From: Clostridiales bacterium
GTDB taxonomy: Bacteria > Bacillota > Clostridia > Christensenellales > UBA1242
Direction: 5' to 3'
DNA length: 64,000 nt
Assembly (NCBI GenBank): GCA_015055515.1
Contig: SVIC01000001.1
Span: 20,114-84,113 of the forward strand
Shown: positions 17,677 to 27,856 of the stretch, piece after piece
How positions within the stretch are numbered: position 1 is the first letter of the stretch
Layout: each line of letters starts with the position of its first letter
Notes under the pieces: generated by a model
Databases searched by the model: none
What the model was told of the DNA's origin: nothing
The model's input: only the letters and a program-made list of their open reading frames with translations
Program-made: the position numbers and the translations under genes

Positions 17677-18229
17677 AGTTGCGTCCTCCATAGACTAAAT
17701 TAATAGTTTTTGCCAAATATTCTTGACAGTTATCTATATATTCTGCAAAACTTCCGAATTTTTTACTTAAATGCTTAGAGTAGTATAGATCTATTAGTTG
17801 ATAACCATCGTTATTGGCTCTTTTTAGGATACCTTCTTTTATTTCCTGGCAAATATTAAAAACCAGTTGCAATATGTTCTTATTGCATTTATCTAGTATG
17901 TCCAAGGCGGTAGATAATTGGTTTCTGTCTTTTGGGGATGAAAAACCATCTTTTAAGTTAGATCTTTTCGATGTTATATAATCTTGCAGATTGGCTATCT
18001 TCTTGTCTTTTAGGGGTGTTTTTACTCGCCTTATGACCTGTGATTCGTTCTCAAAATAATTTAGTTCAGCCATGCTACTAGCAAGGGCGTATGCATCTAG
18101 AGATTCTTCGTACAAGTCATCGAAATAATAACCTAGTTCTAGCTTGATTATTTGATACAGATCTTCTTGAAGATTACCGCTAGGTTGGTAGTCTTTTTTT
18201 GATAAATAAGTATATCCTATATTGTCCAT
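17660..18229 (-). CDS. Hypothetical protein (189 aa)
   Basis: AGAGGGA RBS. Predicted soluble, with no recognisable motif. Confidence 0.6.
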   Translation of the reverse strand: MDNIGYTYLSKKDYQPSGNLQEDLYQIIKLELGYYFDDLYEESLDAYALASSMAELNYFENESQVIRRVKTPLKDKKIANLQDYITSKRSNLKDGFSSPKDRNQLSTALDILDKCNKNILQLVFNICQEIKEGILKRANNDGYQLIDLYYSKHLSKKFGSFAEYIDNCQEYLAKTINLVYGGRNYGKKH

Positions 18230-18356
18230 GTATTGTCCCTCTTTTTTTATTAGACAATACTAAGAATTTGCACATATTGCATATTCTAACTATATTATAC
18301 AGCATTGTCTTATTTTTTTCAATACCTTGCCACAAAAATTTATGCATAAAATGATA

Positions 18357-20849
18357 TTAGGTATTAAGTATACGATATAATTTCATGTCTAATGAAACAA
18401 GTTTATTACTCTTTTTCTTCAGAGTATTCCTTACTAGAGCATCGCTATGTTCTAGTTTTTCTTTAGTATTATCCGATTTTTCTCCAGTTAATTTGTATAT
18501 TTGTAGCAGTCTTGATTTCTGCTTCTTTATTCTAGGCTGGATGCGTTGATTAAGATTCATATTATGATCGTTATTAATATTATCTATTTCTTCATCGCTT
18601 AGTATTAAGTTGCCCATACGAATACGTAGTTTTAATCCTACTTGCAGTGAATTAAGATCCCTTTTGTCTGCAGTATATTTTTCGATAAGGTGGATAACAT
18701 AATCGTACGGGGTACGAAGAGCCAAGCCATATTCGTTTAGTAGTTCGTTTAGGTTGTCTATTTGTACGCTTTGAAGTCTTAATGAGCCGGAATTAATTCT
18801 CTTCTGAATGGCTAGAATTTTTTTAGAATTTTGTCCTTTGTCTTCATCTTTTGACATACTAGATATATATTTTCTTATTTTGTTATAATCTACAACTTCA
18901 TCTATTGGATCTGTAGTGTCTTCTATTTGATTTGTAAGCTTGTTATTAATTTCTGGCTCAACTGGAGTCTCTTCTGTATCTTCTACCTCTTCGGTATCTA
19001 CACGCTCATGATAGACTGTCTTGTTAGGTTGGATAGTTGATATAGCAGAGTTTTCCAAATCTTCTCTTACACCTGCAATAATATATCCTGCCAAGTTTCT
19101 TTCGTTTCTCATAGATTTATTGCCATCTAATATGTATCTATAATCTTCTAGTTTATTCATAACCATTAGCATAGATAGTCTAGCGATAGAAGAGGATGAA
19201 TTGTATCCAAATGACACAATTTTATCTCCCAACTTTAGTTCGCCTAGTGGAGTGACCGTGAATTCATCCAGGGTATTAAGTATAGTAGAGTTGTTATAAT
19301 TTCTGGCCAAATTTACTTGAGCGTTGTACGGCAATTTAATTATTCTAGACTGAACTTGAATTGGTAGGATTGGTTGCAAAGATTTGCTAACAAGTACGCC
19401 GTGGAATAATTTACTATTTTCTAGTTTTTCTTCAAATTCAACATTGTTCGATGCTTTTAGATATTCGAATTGTGTCATTAGTTTTGCGTACAAGTCCAGT
19501 GTTTGCTTTGCTTGAATACTCTCAGGGTGTTCATATATGCCTAGAGCGATATTATTAAGTACCTTGCTCTTATCTACATCATCTGTTATCTCATATGTCA
19601 TGATGCAATTAATCAGATCTCGTACAAGATATTGCTCGGTTTGCAATACTTCTTCCATATACGTGTTAAGTGTAGATTTTACTTTGTTATACATGTATAT
19701 AAAACTAGATGACTTTATTTCTGGAAATTCTTTTTCTATTCTTTCAACGAAAATACGCTCGTTGGATATAATATAATTTTTAATTCTATCTTTTGCCTCT
19801 ATTATTTTGAAATAGTTGTTTATTTCTGGCATGTCTAGACAGTATTTTAACTCACTACATATTTCCAATTTTGTGAAATTAGTTTTTGCTTTTAATAATA
19901 TATCGTTGACAGATAATGCTCTATCCATTGCACCGAAGATGTCACTATTTTTGAAGTCTTTGTAAGAGAAAGATGTAAATAGTTCGTTCTGTATATTATT
20001 AAGCTCTTCGTTTGTTGTGCCTGGGTGTTTACTGCTATATAGGCTTAAATAATCTTTTACTATTGTGTTGATTTTTGAATTAGTATGATTGGCCTTAAAT
20101 GCAACAAAGTCTTTGCTAAGCGAGCCTGGATTGCGATGCAAATAATGGTTAGTAAATGTAGTGATGTTGTGCAAACTATGTCTATATTCAGGATTGTGTT
20201 TTAACAGTGATTGTAGCGTGGATATAGATACATTATCCTTGAATACACCATCAATACTTTGTCTTTTAGCAATGATAGAGAATATGAAGTCTTTCTGCAT
20301 AGCTTGCAATACTGCTGCAGAATCGTGCTTTGCAATAATTCTATCTTTTATAGCATTTGCATTGTTCTTATATGCTTTTATTTTGTCTTCTAGTATGCAT
20401 TTGTTATAGATTATGCCTAAGCTTAGGTTCTGATATGTATCATATTTTCTTAGTTTTGCGTACTTGTATCTAATTCTTTTTTGCAAAATTATATTTTTGT
20501 CTTTTGCATTATAACTTAGCATTAGGGCGGTACGATAGGCATTAACATCCCGCTCTAATATCATTATTTTAAGTCGGATATAATTTAATTTTTCAAATGC
20601 TTTGACTAAGTCATCTTTTTCACTAATCTTGAAGTTAAGGAAGTTCTTAATTCTCAATAGTTTATCTCGGTGCTTAGTAAGTAGGTATTTGTTATAATGA
20701 GAAATGATATGAGGGGATATTATTGGCAGGCTATTAATAGTATTTTGTGCAAAAAAATCCATGCTCTGTTGTGCATATTTTTTATTTTTCTTAAGATGTA
20801 GATTGCTCTTTCTAACAATCTTTCGATTGTTTTTCAAAACCACCTTCAT
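18357..20849 (-). CDS. Hypothetical large cytoplasmic protein (830 aa), N/K-rich
   Basis: A long clean ORF with no signal peptide or TM helix. By eye I found no Walker A, HExxH, nuclease or kinase motif. An acidic linker is present (DTEEVEDTEETPVEPE). Confidence 0.7.
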   Translation of the reverse strand: MKVVLKNNRKIVRKSNLHLKKNKKYAQQSMDFFAQNTINSLPIISPHIISHYNKYLLTKHRDKLLRIKNFLNFKISEKDDLVKAFEKLNYIRLKIMILERDVNAYRTALMLSYNAKDKNIILQKRIRYKYAKLRKYDTYQNLSLGIIYNKCILEDKIKAYKNNANAIKDRIIAKHDSAAVLQAMQKDFIFSIIAKRQSIDGVFKDNVSISTLQSLLKHNPEYRHSLHNITTFTNHYLHRNPGSLSKDFVAFKANHTNSKINTIVKDYLSLYSSKHPGTTNEELNNIQNELFTSFSYKDFKNSDIFGAMDRALSVNDILLKAKTNFTKLEICSELKYCLDMPEINNYFKIIEAKDRIKNYIISNERIFVERIEKEFPEIKSSSFIYMYNKVKSTLNTYMEEVLQTEQYLVRDLINCIMTYEITDDVDKSKVLNNIALGIYEHPESIQAKQTLDLYAKLMTQFEYLKASNNVEFEEKLENSKLFHGVLVSKSLQPILPIQVQSRIIKLPYNAQVNLARNYNNSTILNTLDEFTVTPLGELKLGDKIVSFGYNSSSSIARLSMLMVMNKLEDYRYILDGNKSMRNERNLAGYIIAGVREDLENSAISTIQPNKTVYHERVDTEEVEDTEETPVEPEINNKLTNQIEDTTDPIDEVVDYNKIRKYISSMSKDEDKGQNSKKILAIQKRINSGSLRLQSVQIDNLNELLNEYGLALRTPYDYVIHLIEKYTADKRDLNSLQVGLKLRIRMGNLILSDEEIDNINNDHNMNLNQRIQPRIKKQKSRLLQIYKLTGEKSDNTKEKLEHSDALVRNTLKKKSNKLVSLDMKLYRILNT

Positions 20850-20974
20850 ACGCCTATCTATATCCCTTTTTCATTGTGTGTCAAGTATATTATATACTTG
20901 GATAGTATTCTTTAATCTAATTCTAGCAAAATAAATAAAAAAAAACAAACATATATCATATGTCGTAAAATTTC

Positions 20975-21005
20975 AAAAATAAAGAAGCAGTATTGTACCG
21001 CTTCT
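20975..21005 (-). terminator. Terminator after the 21007-21591 gene
   Basis: On the minus strand, stem agaagcgg / ctgcttct (one mismatch) is followed by TTTATTTTT. Confidence 0.5.
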
Positions 21006-21006
21006 C

Positions 21007-21591
21007 TTATTCTTTGTCTTCTAAAATATTGTTAAGATGGAACATGAATTCTTCTTCGCTTATTTTTCCTTCCGATTTCAATATTCTAAGTTGGCCAATC
21101 TTAAGGCTCATTTCTTGCATTGTAGGATCAAAAAGTGTATCGTTGGTATTTAATGTTTGCTGAATATAATTCTTTCTATTATTCTTCTGCAATATCATAA
21201 GTAATATTCCAGCAAGTGCGTTTGCAACAAATGGTATAAGAGCGAATATGCCTAGCAAGAATGAATTGATGATTAATTGGAAACTGGCGAATATAGGAAT
21301 AACAAATAGTCCTGAAATCTCTCTGAATTTATCAAAGTTATATAGTGTTATGGATACTTTGTGAAAATATTGGTTAATAAAGAAGGCAAATAGGCTAGCA
21401 CCAGAGACATAGATAGGGTGGGTGATCCATTCAGCCATTCCAAATGTTGCAAAATCTTGTATTAAATTAATATAATGCATAACAAAATCAAGCCCTACAG
21501 CAGATGCAATGAAAGCAAGTGCTGCATATATAATTAACACAAGGTTTAGAAAAATATTGAATTTGAAGTAAATTTTTAGGAATTTACGCAT
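21007..21591 (-). CDS. Membrane protein with C-terminal SHOCT-like motif
   Basis: Four to five TM helices. The C-terminal LRILKSEGKISEEEFMFHLNNIL resembles the SHOCT short C-terminal domain. Confidence 0.6.
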   Translation of the reverse strand: MRKFLKIYFKFNIFLNLVLIIYAALAFIASAVGLDFVMHYINLIQDFATFGMAEWITHPIYVSGASLFAFFINQYFHKVSITLYNFDKFREISGLFVIPIFASFQLIINSFLLGIFALIPFVANALAGILLMILQKNNRKNYIQQTLNTNDTLFDPTMQEMSLKIGQLRILKSEGKISEEEFMFHLNNILEDKE

Positions 21592-21701
21592 GATACTCCC
21601 TTTTTCTCATCTTATATAAAATTAATTGAATGTTTTCGTATATATTGTGCATAAATATTATCATTAAATGCAGTATTTGTCAAGGTTTTAGTGTCGAAGT
21701 G

Positions 21702-22751
21702 TTATATAGATACGCCGTTTGCAGTCATAAATATTAAGAAAGCTATATACATAGCGTATATGGTAAGTAGGGTAATGCCTTGCCATCTATATGTTCGTTG
21801 TTTTAATGTCATTGGTATAATAAAGATGGCGTTAACAATTAATGTGACTGGGATACTGACAACCAATGTCCAGAAGTTGATTGGTAGTCCGTTTACACCT
21901 GATATGCAAGCCGATGTGCCTATTATAAGAGTAATATTAAGTATGTTTGCACCAATTACGTTGCCGTAGCCTAGAGAGCTGCTCTTTTTTCTTAGTGCAG
22001 TTATGGTGGTTACCAATTCTGGTAGACTTGTACCAATTGCGACAATGGTAAGGCCTATTACTGCTTCGCTAATATGCATTGATTTGGCTATTGCGGTAGC
22101 ACTTTCTACTAATCCGAATGCACCGGCTGCTACCATGCCTGCTCCAAGGATGAATAGTAGTATTAATTTGCCCATTTTATCTTTTGGCATTTTTTCTCTA
22201 TCAACATCTTCGCCATTTGCAGGATATTCTTCAAGCATTTGGTTTTTCATTCGCAATTCTTTTAGTTCTTTTAACTCGTTTTTTGCATCGTTAATATTTA
22301 TTGCCATAAATACAACAAAAAGTATTATAAGCAGTGCACCCTCGAATAAATTAACGCTACCTGCTATCTGTCCATTCTCTATTCCAATGCAGAACACTGC
22401 TATTAGAATTATTCCAAAGAGTAATAAATAATTCTTTATAGATGATGTCTTATTGTTAATTATAACCGGTGCAAATGCTAATGAGATGCCGCAGATAAGT
22501 GCTGTATTACATATTGTGCTACCTATTGCGTTGCCAATAGCCAGATCGAATGATCCTTGAGCGCTGGCAAGTGTACTAACAATTAGTTCTGGTAATGTTG
22601 TTGCAATAGATACTATTGTTGCACCGATTATGATATTTGGTATCTTGGTCTTTGTGGCAATCTTAATGGATGAATCAACGAATATGTCGCCACCTTTGAT
22701 TACCAATATTAATGATACAATGAATAGTGGTATAGATATATATAATTCCAT
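21702..22751 (-). CDS. Ca2+/Na+ antiporter, CaCA (YrbG-like) family
   Basis: Two alpha-repeats are present: GATIVSIATTLPELIVS...GNAIGSTICNTALICG and GLTIVAIGTSLPELVTT...GNVIGANILNITLIIG. Confidence 0.9.
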   Translation of the reverse strand: MELYISIPLFIVSLILVIKGGDIFVDSSIKIATKTKIPNIIIGATIVSIATTLPELIVSTLASAQGSFDLAIGNAIGSTICNTALICGISLAFAPVIINNKTSSIKNYLLLFGIILIAVFCIGIENGQIAGSVNLFEGALLIILFVVFMAININDAKNELKELKELRMKNQMLEEYPANGEDVDREKMPKDKMGKLILLFILGAGMVAAGAFGLVESATAIAKSMHISEAVIGLTIVAIGTSLPELVTTITALRKKSSSLGYGNVIGANILNITLIIGTSACISGVNGLPINFWTLVVSIPVTLIVNAIFIIPMTLKQRTYRWQGITLLTIYAMYIAFLIFMTANGVSI

Positions 22752-22766
22752 GGGTACCTCTCTGTA

Positions 22767-23351
22767 TTAATTTTCGCAAGTCTCATCTAAATATGTTGCT
22801 TGCATGTCTGATATGTGGAATATGAAACTAGTTGGGAATGAGTAGAATGCAGGACTAAGTGAGTAACTGCCACCTTTGATACGATTGTCCATTGCGCCCA
22901 TGTGCCAATTAATTGCCATTGCTTCTTCTCTAGTTAATTTCATAAATCCGCTAATTATGTACACCGATTTCTCTCCGTGTCCATAAGGAAGATTGTCTTC
23001 TACGGAGTAGTATGGCTTCTGTATCCAATTGCCATCTACTTTCACATTCCTATAATCGATCTTGTAGAAATCAATCTTGCACACATCGTGTAGTAGGCTA
23101 ATGATTGTGGCACTTTCTTTGCTTATTTTCTCTGTCCACTTGTCGCCATATTCCAACTCTAGATTTCTAACAAATCTCTTATATGTCTTAATGCTGTGTT
23201 CGCATAGACCTCCCTCATAATTGGAATGGAATTTGCTACTGGCAGGGGCTGTGAAGAAATCTGATGATTCTAGATATTTTAATAACTGATCGCTACCTGA
23301 TCTTGTAATATTGTCTTTGTATAATTTGATAAATTCTTCTTTTGCTGTCAT
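22767..23351 (-). CDS. HD-domain phosphohydrolase
   Basis: FHSNYEGGLCEHS ... LLHDVCK gives the H...HD metal-binding pattern. Confidence 0.78.
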   Translation of the reverse strand: MTAKEEFIKLYKDNITRSGSDQLLKYLESSDFFTAPASSKFHSNYEGGLCEHSIKTYKRFVRNLELEYGDKWTEKISKESATIISLLHDVCKIDFYKIDYRNVKVDGNWIQKPYYSVEDNLPYGHGEKSVYIISGFMKLTREEAMAINWHMGAMDNRIKGGSYSLSPAFYSFPTSFIFHISDMQATYLDETCEN

Positions 23352-23477
23352 GTTGCACCTTTTATACTTATATACTAGAGATATTGTAACATATTATAAA
23401 ATTATATTAAAATGAATTGAGGTTGTTTTAAGTAATTGTGAGGTAATAAAATGAATATTCAGTGAGTAAAATACTGT

Positions 23478-24245
23478 ATGGAAAAGATTATGTTAATAAC
23501 CATGCTGGCTGGTGTTGTAGGCACGGGTATTGGTGGAATAATTGGTGTATGCTTAGGGTCTAGTAATAGGCGTTGGATAGGTGTAATGTTGTCGCTTGCT
23601 AGTGGCGTAATGCTTGCCGTTGTGTTTTTTGATTTGTTACCAGAAGCAATGAGTATGGCGGGTGATAATGTAATAGTGTTGCTGGGTGTGATATGGGGAG
23701 TATTGATACTGGTAATTGCAAATAAATGTGTAGATGCGAGGCTGTGCAAAATTGAGACTGCGTCAATATTAAGCAGTAAAAATATTCGAGAAGAAGAAAA
23801 GAGGAAGTTACATAGTGCAGGTTTGTTTCTAGTACTGGCAATAGCACTTCATAATATTCCAGAAGGTATAGCAATAGGTGCTACGGAATTTGTTGTAGAT
23901 GGCGCTGGGGTTGCTTTGGCAATAATTATTATGATACATAATATTCCAGAAGGGATATCCATTGCTATGCCACTGGTTGCGAGTGGTATGAAGAAAGTGT
24001 ATGCAATAATCTTAAGTGTTATTGCAGGTGCAATGACAATAGTTGGTGGAGCTATTGGTGCAATGTTGGGTGGCTTTGGATGTACAATTACTGCATTTAT
24101 GTTAGCATTTGCTGGTGGTGCGATGTTGCAGGTAACTCTATGTGATATGATACCCAATTCTACAGATTTAATAAGATCTAATTCTAGTGGTTTGTATGTC
24201 TTATTTGGTTTAATTATTGGTTTTGTTGTAAACACTTTGCTATAA
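23478..24245 (+). CDS. ZIP-family divalent metal (zinc) transporter, ZupT-like
   Basis: Duplicated HNIPEG motifs (LHNIPEGIAIGA and IHNIPEGISIAMP) in a polytopic membrane protein. Confidence 0.9.
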   Translation: MEKIMLITMLAGVVGTGIGGIIGVCLGSSNRRWIGVMLSLASGVMLAVVFFDLLPEAMSMAGDNVIVLLGVIWGVLILVIANKCVDARLCKIETASILSSKNIREEEKRKLHSAGLFLVLAIALHNIPEGIAIGATEFVVDGAGVALAIIIMIHNIPEGISIAMPLVASGMKKVYAIILSVIAGAMTIVGGAIGAMLGGFGCTITAFMLAFAGGAMLQVTLCDMIPNSTDLIRSNSSGLYVLFGLIIGFVVNTLL

Positions 24246-24294
24246 AATGACAAAAACACCATAGTATATGACAATAACTATGGTGTTTGGTTTG

Positions 24295-25734
24295 TTATAA
24301 TGATTCAAAATATCTGACAAGTTTTCTTTGTGCGCTTTCTGTTTTTGCATACATTATCCATCGGATTTGTGATATATTTTTGCAGTGTCCATCTTTATCT
24401 TTTTCTAATATTAGGTTTATTTTATCGCCGTTTGCAAGTCGTGTGTAAATAGGACATTTTGTTGGGCTGTCGTTAATAAAAGCATGCTTAACACTGAAGC
24501 CAAAATCTTTATGTATCTTGAATGCAAAATCAAGAACTGTTGAGCCTTCAGGCATTATTATATTTTCATCAGATCTTGTTTTTACAGTGATGTAGTTGGT
24601 AGAAATATTTTCCGAATTCTCATCTATGAAATTAAGGTCAATGCCTTCTACAGTTCCGTTTCTGTATCGCAAATAATCTTTTAAGTTGAATACAAATAAT
24701 TGATATTTGTTACGATATGCATCGGTGATGATTATATAATTCTTATTAGTAAATGGTTCTATGTCATATCCTGTAATAGTTACGCCCAGATCATTTTTTT
24801 CTGCTGTGAGGAATTTGAAAATAAAATCATTTAATTCTTTTTGAGAAATATTGCTATTGATGGTTATGTATAGTTTTGTAATTGCAAATTTGTTAAGATA
24901 GCTTTGTTTTACTTCGCCTAAAGATTTTGTATGCATTGTCTGAGATATTATGTTGTATGTCTCTAGTTCTGTACATGGCTTAATAGATATCTTGTGAAGG
25001 TCGTTGGATTGTTTAGTCTTTTTAAGATATCTTGTAAGTGAGTTTGTAAAATTGGATTGCAATTCTTCAAAGTTTTTTGTGTTGTATAAGAAGAATTTAT
25101 TATATATCTTATTGAAGTTATCTAGTTCTGGTTTGTTTCTAGTGAGGAAACATTGATTTGATATTTGTCTTTCGAACCACCATGATTTTAGAATGTGGAT
25201 CATTGGCAAAATCCATTTTTCAGTCTCTGTAATTTTCTCTAACTGCTTGTATCTAGGAAATGAATCTAGTGTTCTAAGGTTGTTTAATCTATCTGCGAAT
25301 TTGATATAGAATGCATATAAGTTTTCTTTGCCAATGCTTATTAATTTATGATAGGTCTGTGATTCGGCAAGGTATTTAGGAAAATCATCTTCGCTGTATT
25401 TGTCCAAATCTAATTCAATTGCTGTAACTGCATCTACAATCTTAGCGATGGTTGGGTTGAAATCTTCTTGCATTTGTTGTATTGAATAGTTGCAGTCTTC
25501 TGCTGTGTCATGAAGCAGTGCTGCACAAAGCACATTAATGTCGAAATCAAGTTTGTTCAGTATTTCAGTTACTTGAATGGGGTGTATTATATATGGTTCT
25601 CCGCTTTTTCTAAATTGATTTTGGTGCAGATTCTTTGCAGTCTTGTATGCCTTAATGAATAGGCCGATGTCTACAACTTGCTTTCTTTTTAGGTCGGACA
25701 AGATATTTTCATATATTACTTCGTATTTTTCCAT
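24295..25734 (-). CDS. RelA/SpoT homologue: HD hydrolase domain + degenerate synthetase-like region + TGS, C-terminally truncated
   Basis: HD domain: GEPYIIHPIQVTEIL...LCAALLHDTAEDC. TGS-like domain: ITVKTRSDENIIMPEGSTVLDFAFKIH...CPIYTRLANGDKINLI. The 200 aa between them lack the GR.K..YS, Y.SLHT and E.QIRT synthetase motifs. The protein ends about 40 aa after the TGS domain. Confidence 0.82.
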   Translation of the reverse strand: MEKYEVIYENILSDLKRKQVVDIGLFIKAYKTAKNLHQNQFRKSGEPYIIHPIQVTEILNKLDFDINVLCAALLHDTAEDCNYSIQQMQEDFNPTIAKIVDAVTAIELDLDKYSEDDFPKYLAESQTYHKLISIGKENLYAFYIKFADRLNNLRTLDSFPRYKQLEKITETEKWILPMIHILKSWWFERQISNQCFLTRNKPELDNFNKIYNKFFLYNTKNFEELQSNFTNSLTRYLKKTKQSNDLHKISIKPCTELETYNIISQTMHTKSLGEVKQSYLNKFAITKLYITINSNISQKELNDFIFKFLTAEKNDLGVTITGYDIEPFTNKNYIIITDAYRNKYQLFVFNLKDYLRYRNGTVEGIDLNFIDENSENISTNYITVKTRSDENIIMPEGSTVLDFAFKIHKDFGFSVKHAFINDSPTKCPIYTRLANGDKINLILEKDKDGHCKNISQIRWIMYAKTESAQRKLVRYFESL

Positions 25735-25739
25735 AATCT

Positions 25740-26729
25740 TTACTCATCTTTTAATATTCTATAATAGTCATCATCTTCCATGTTGGATACTTTGGCAAAT
25801 CTGAACATATTTGCATCTATAAGGTCGGAAAGAATTGAGTTAAGGCTATTCTCTACAATCTTTTTCTTTTGTATAGATGTAAGGTCATCTTTTAGTGTTT
25901 CGTTATTGATATATAAATTTTTGAATAAATTGATTAATTGCTCGGCCTCTGTTTCTACATTTACATCGCTTACTCCTAATGAAAGCAGGTTATATATTTC
26001 TCCATCAGATACCTTTAATATCTTCTTCGATAATAGTGCGAATTGTATGCATGGCATATGTTCTCTTCCTCTGCTGACAGAGTTTGCTGTACCTAATCCG
26101 CCCAAGTATTCTTTGTTGCTAGGTGGGTTGTTGAGTATGATTAGGCTTTGGTCGTTAAGAGATTCGCTTTTTAGATATATAAATATCTGCTTATCGCTTA
26201 CATCAATAGTGCCTTTGTATGCACCTTCTATTTCATTATGTATAGAACGTTTTTGTTTTGTGTTGGTTGCGTTATCTAGTCGTGTTTTGATCTCTTCAGC
26301 ATCATCTCTATTTTTGATAAAACTAGCAAGGGTTGATATGCTACCATTATCTTCTTGGACTACTGAAATAACGGCGTATTTTAGCGTGTTTTTTGAGAAG
26401 TTGCTTACTTTGCCTTTGTATTCTCCAGAGTTGTAGAAATACATAAGGTAGCTACCTATAAATCTGGTTAAGTTTGTTTCTTTTTTTGGTTTTTCTTGGG
26501 TCTTTTTTGATAAATCTATCTCAAGTAGATCATCTACCGATACTCCAAAAATGTCTTTTAATTTCAATGCAAATGATAGACTTGGTTCGGCGTTTTTGTT
26601 GATGTAGTTATTGATGCTTGCACAACTTGTATTGGTTAGAGTACTTAGTTGCTTTTGAGTATAGCCATGAGTGGATAGTAAGTGTCTTAGGTTATTGTGA
26701 AATATGTCTAAGTTGTTGAATTCTGCCAT
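25740..26729 (-). CDS. XRE-family HTH protein with about 250-aa C-terminal domain of unknown function
   Basis: N-terminal LRHLLSTHGYTQKQLSTLTNTSCASINNYINKNAEPSLSFALKLKDIFGVSVDDLL. Its stop lies 5 nt upstream of the RSH gene start, suggesting an operon. Confidence 0.8.
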   Translation of the reverse strand: MAEFNNLDIFHNNLRHLLSTHGYTQKQLSTLTNTSCASINNYINKNAEPSLSFALKLKDIFGVSVDDLLEIDLSKKTQEKPKKETNLTRFIGSYLMYFYNSGEYKGKVSNFSKNTLKYAVISVVQEDNGSISTLASFIKNRDDAEEIKTRLDNATNTKQKRSIHNEIEGAYKGTIDVSDKQIFIYLKSESLNDQSLIILNNPPSNKEYLGGLGTANSVSRGREHMPCIQFALLSKKILKVSDGEIYNLLSLGVSDVNVETEAEQLINLFKNLYINNETLKDDLTSIQKKKIVENSLNSILSDLIDANMFRFAKVSNMEDDDYYRILKDE

Positions 26730-26921
26730 AATTTTCTCCTATGTGTATATATTAGATGCCTATATTCTATCATATGACAACTGTGATAGCAACTAATTAT
26801 TAAATATTGTTCAATAAAATGAATTTATTTTCAGAAAAGTAAAATTCAATATTTAATTTCAACTATATATTGCTTTTGGATAGTGGTTGTAATGTGTTAC
26901 AATATAGAAGAGGTTATAGGG

Positions 26922-27731
26922 ATGAAAGATTTGAGAAAAATAGCAATAGTATATGATTTTGATAGTACTCTAATTAGTGGAAATATGCAGAATGCGGATT
27001 TAATTCCGTATTTTGGTATATCAAGTAGTGAGTTTTGGGAAGGCTCTAATAAGTTAATGAAAGAAAAGGATATGGATGAAGTCCTTGCATATATGTATTA
27101 TTTCTTAGATATTGCGAAATTGAAAAAGAAGAAAATGACTAAGGCATTGCTGGAGGAATGTGGAAAGAAGATAGTCTCATTCTATCCGGGAGTAGTTGAT
27201 TGGTTTGCTAGGATAAATGAATACGGCAAGGCTATTGGTGTGGAGATAGAGCATTATGTAATAAGTTGTGGATATCAAGAGATGGTAGAGGCTTCGTGTA
27301 TTGCAAAATATATCAAGAAGGTCTTTGCTAGTAGATATATGTATAATGACAAAGGGGAGGCTGTGTGGCCTGCATATGTGGTCAATTATACACAGAAAAT
27401 GCAGTACTTGGCACGTATAGAGAAAAATTTAACAGACAAACTATATGAAAGTGGTCCTATAAATACGCTAATAAAGAAGTCCGAAAAATATATTCCGTAT
27501 AGTAGGATGATATACATTGGTGATGGCTGTACCGATGTGCCGTCAATGAAGATGGTTAGGTCTCAGGGTGGATATGGAATATGTGTGTATGATAAATCTT
27601 CTAAGCATGGGTTGGTTATGGCTGATCAATTAACTAAAGAAAAAAGAGTGGATGTGACTGTAGAGGCAGATTATTCGGAAGGGAGCGAATTGGATGTTGC
27701 TATTAAGAAAATGTTGAAGAAGATGAGATGA
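26922..27731 (+). CDS. HAD-superfamily hydrolase (phosphoserine-phosphatase-like subfamily IB)
   Basis: Motif I is VYDFDSTL (DxDxT) and motif IV is IGDGCTDVPSM (GDGxxD). I preferred the ATG at 26922 to the track start at 26883. Confidence 0.7.
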   Translation: MKDLRKIAIVYDFDSTLISGNMQNADLIPYFGISSSEFWEGSNKLMKEKDMDEVLAYMYYFLDIAKLKKKKMTKALLEECGKKIVSFYPGVVDWFARINEYGKAIGVEIEHYVISCGYQEMVEASCIAKYIKKVFASRYMYNDKGEAVWPAYVVNYTQKMQYLARIEKNLTDKLYESGPINTLIKKSEKYIPYSRMIYIGDGCTDVPSMKMVRSQGGYGICVYDKSSKHGLVMADQLTKEKRVDVTVEADYSEGSELDVAIKKMLKKMR

Positions 27732-27732
27732 T

Positions 27733-27765
27733 GAGGGTTTTGTGAAAAAACAAAACCCTTTTTTG
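27733..27765 (+). terminator. Rho-independent terminator
   Basis: Stem agggttttg / caaaaccct followed by T6. Confidence 0.7.
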
Positions 27766-27856
27766 TCGAATTTTGTACTGACAGAAAGTATTGTTTGTGG
27801 ATAGGGGGTATAAGTAGGCAATATGCGGTCAACTACTCTTAAAAAAGGAGAGGGTT

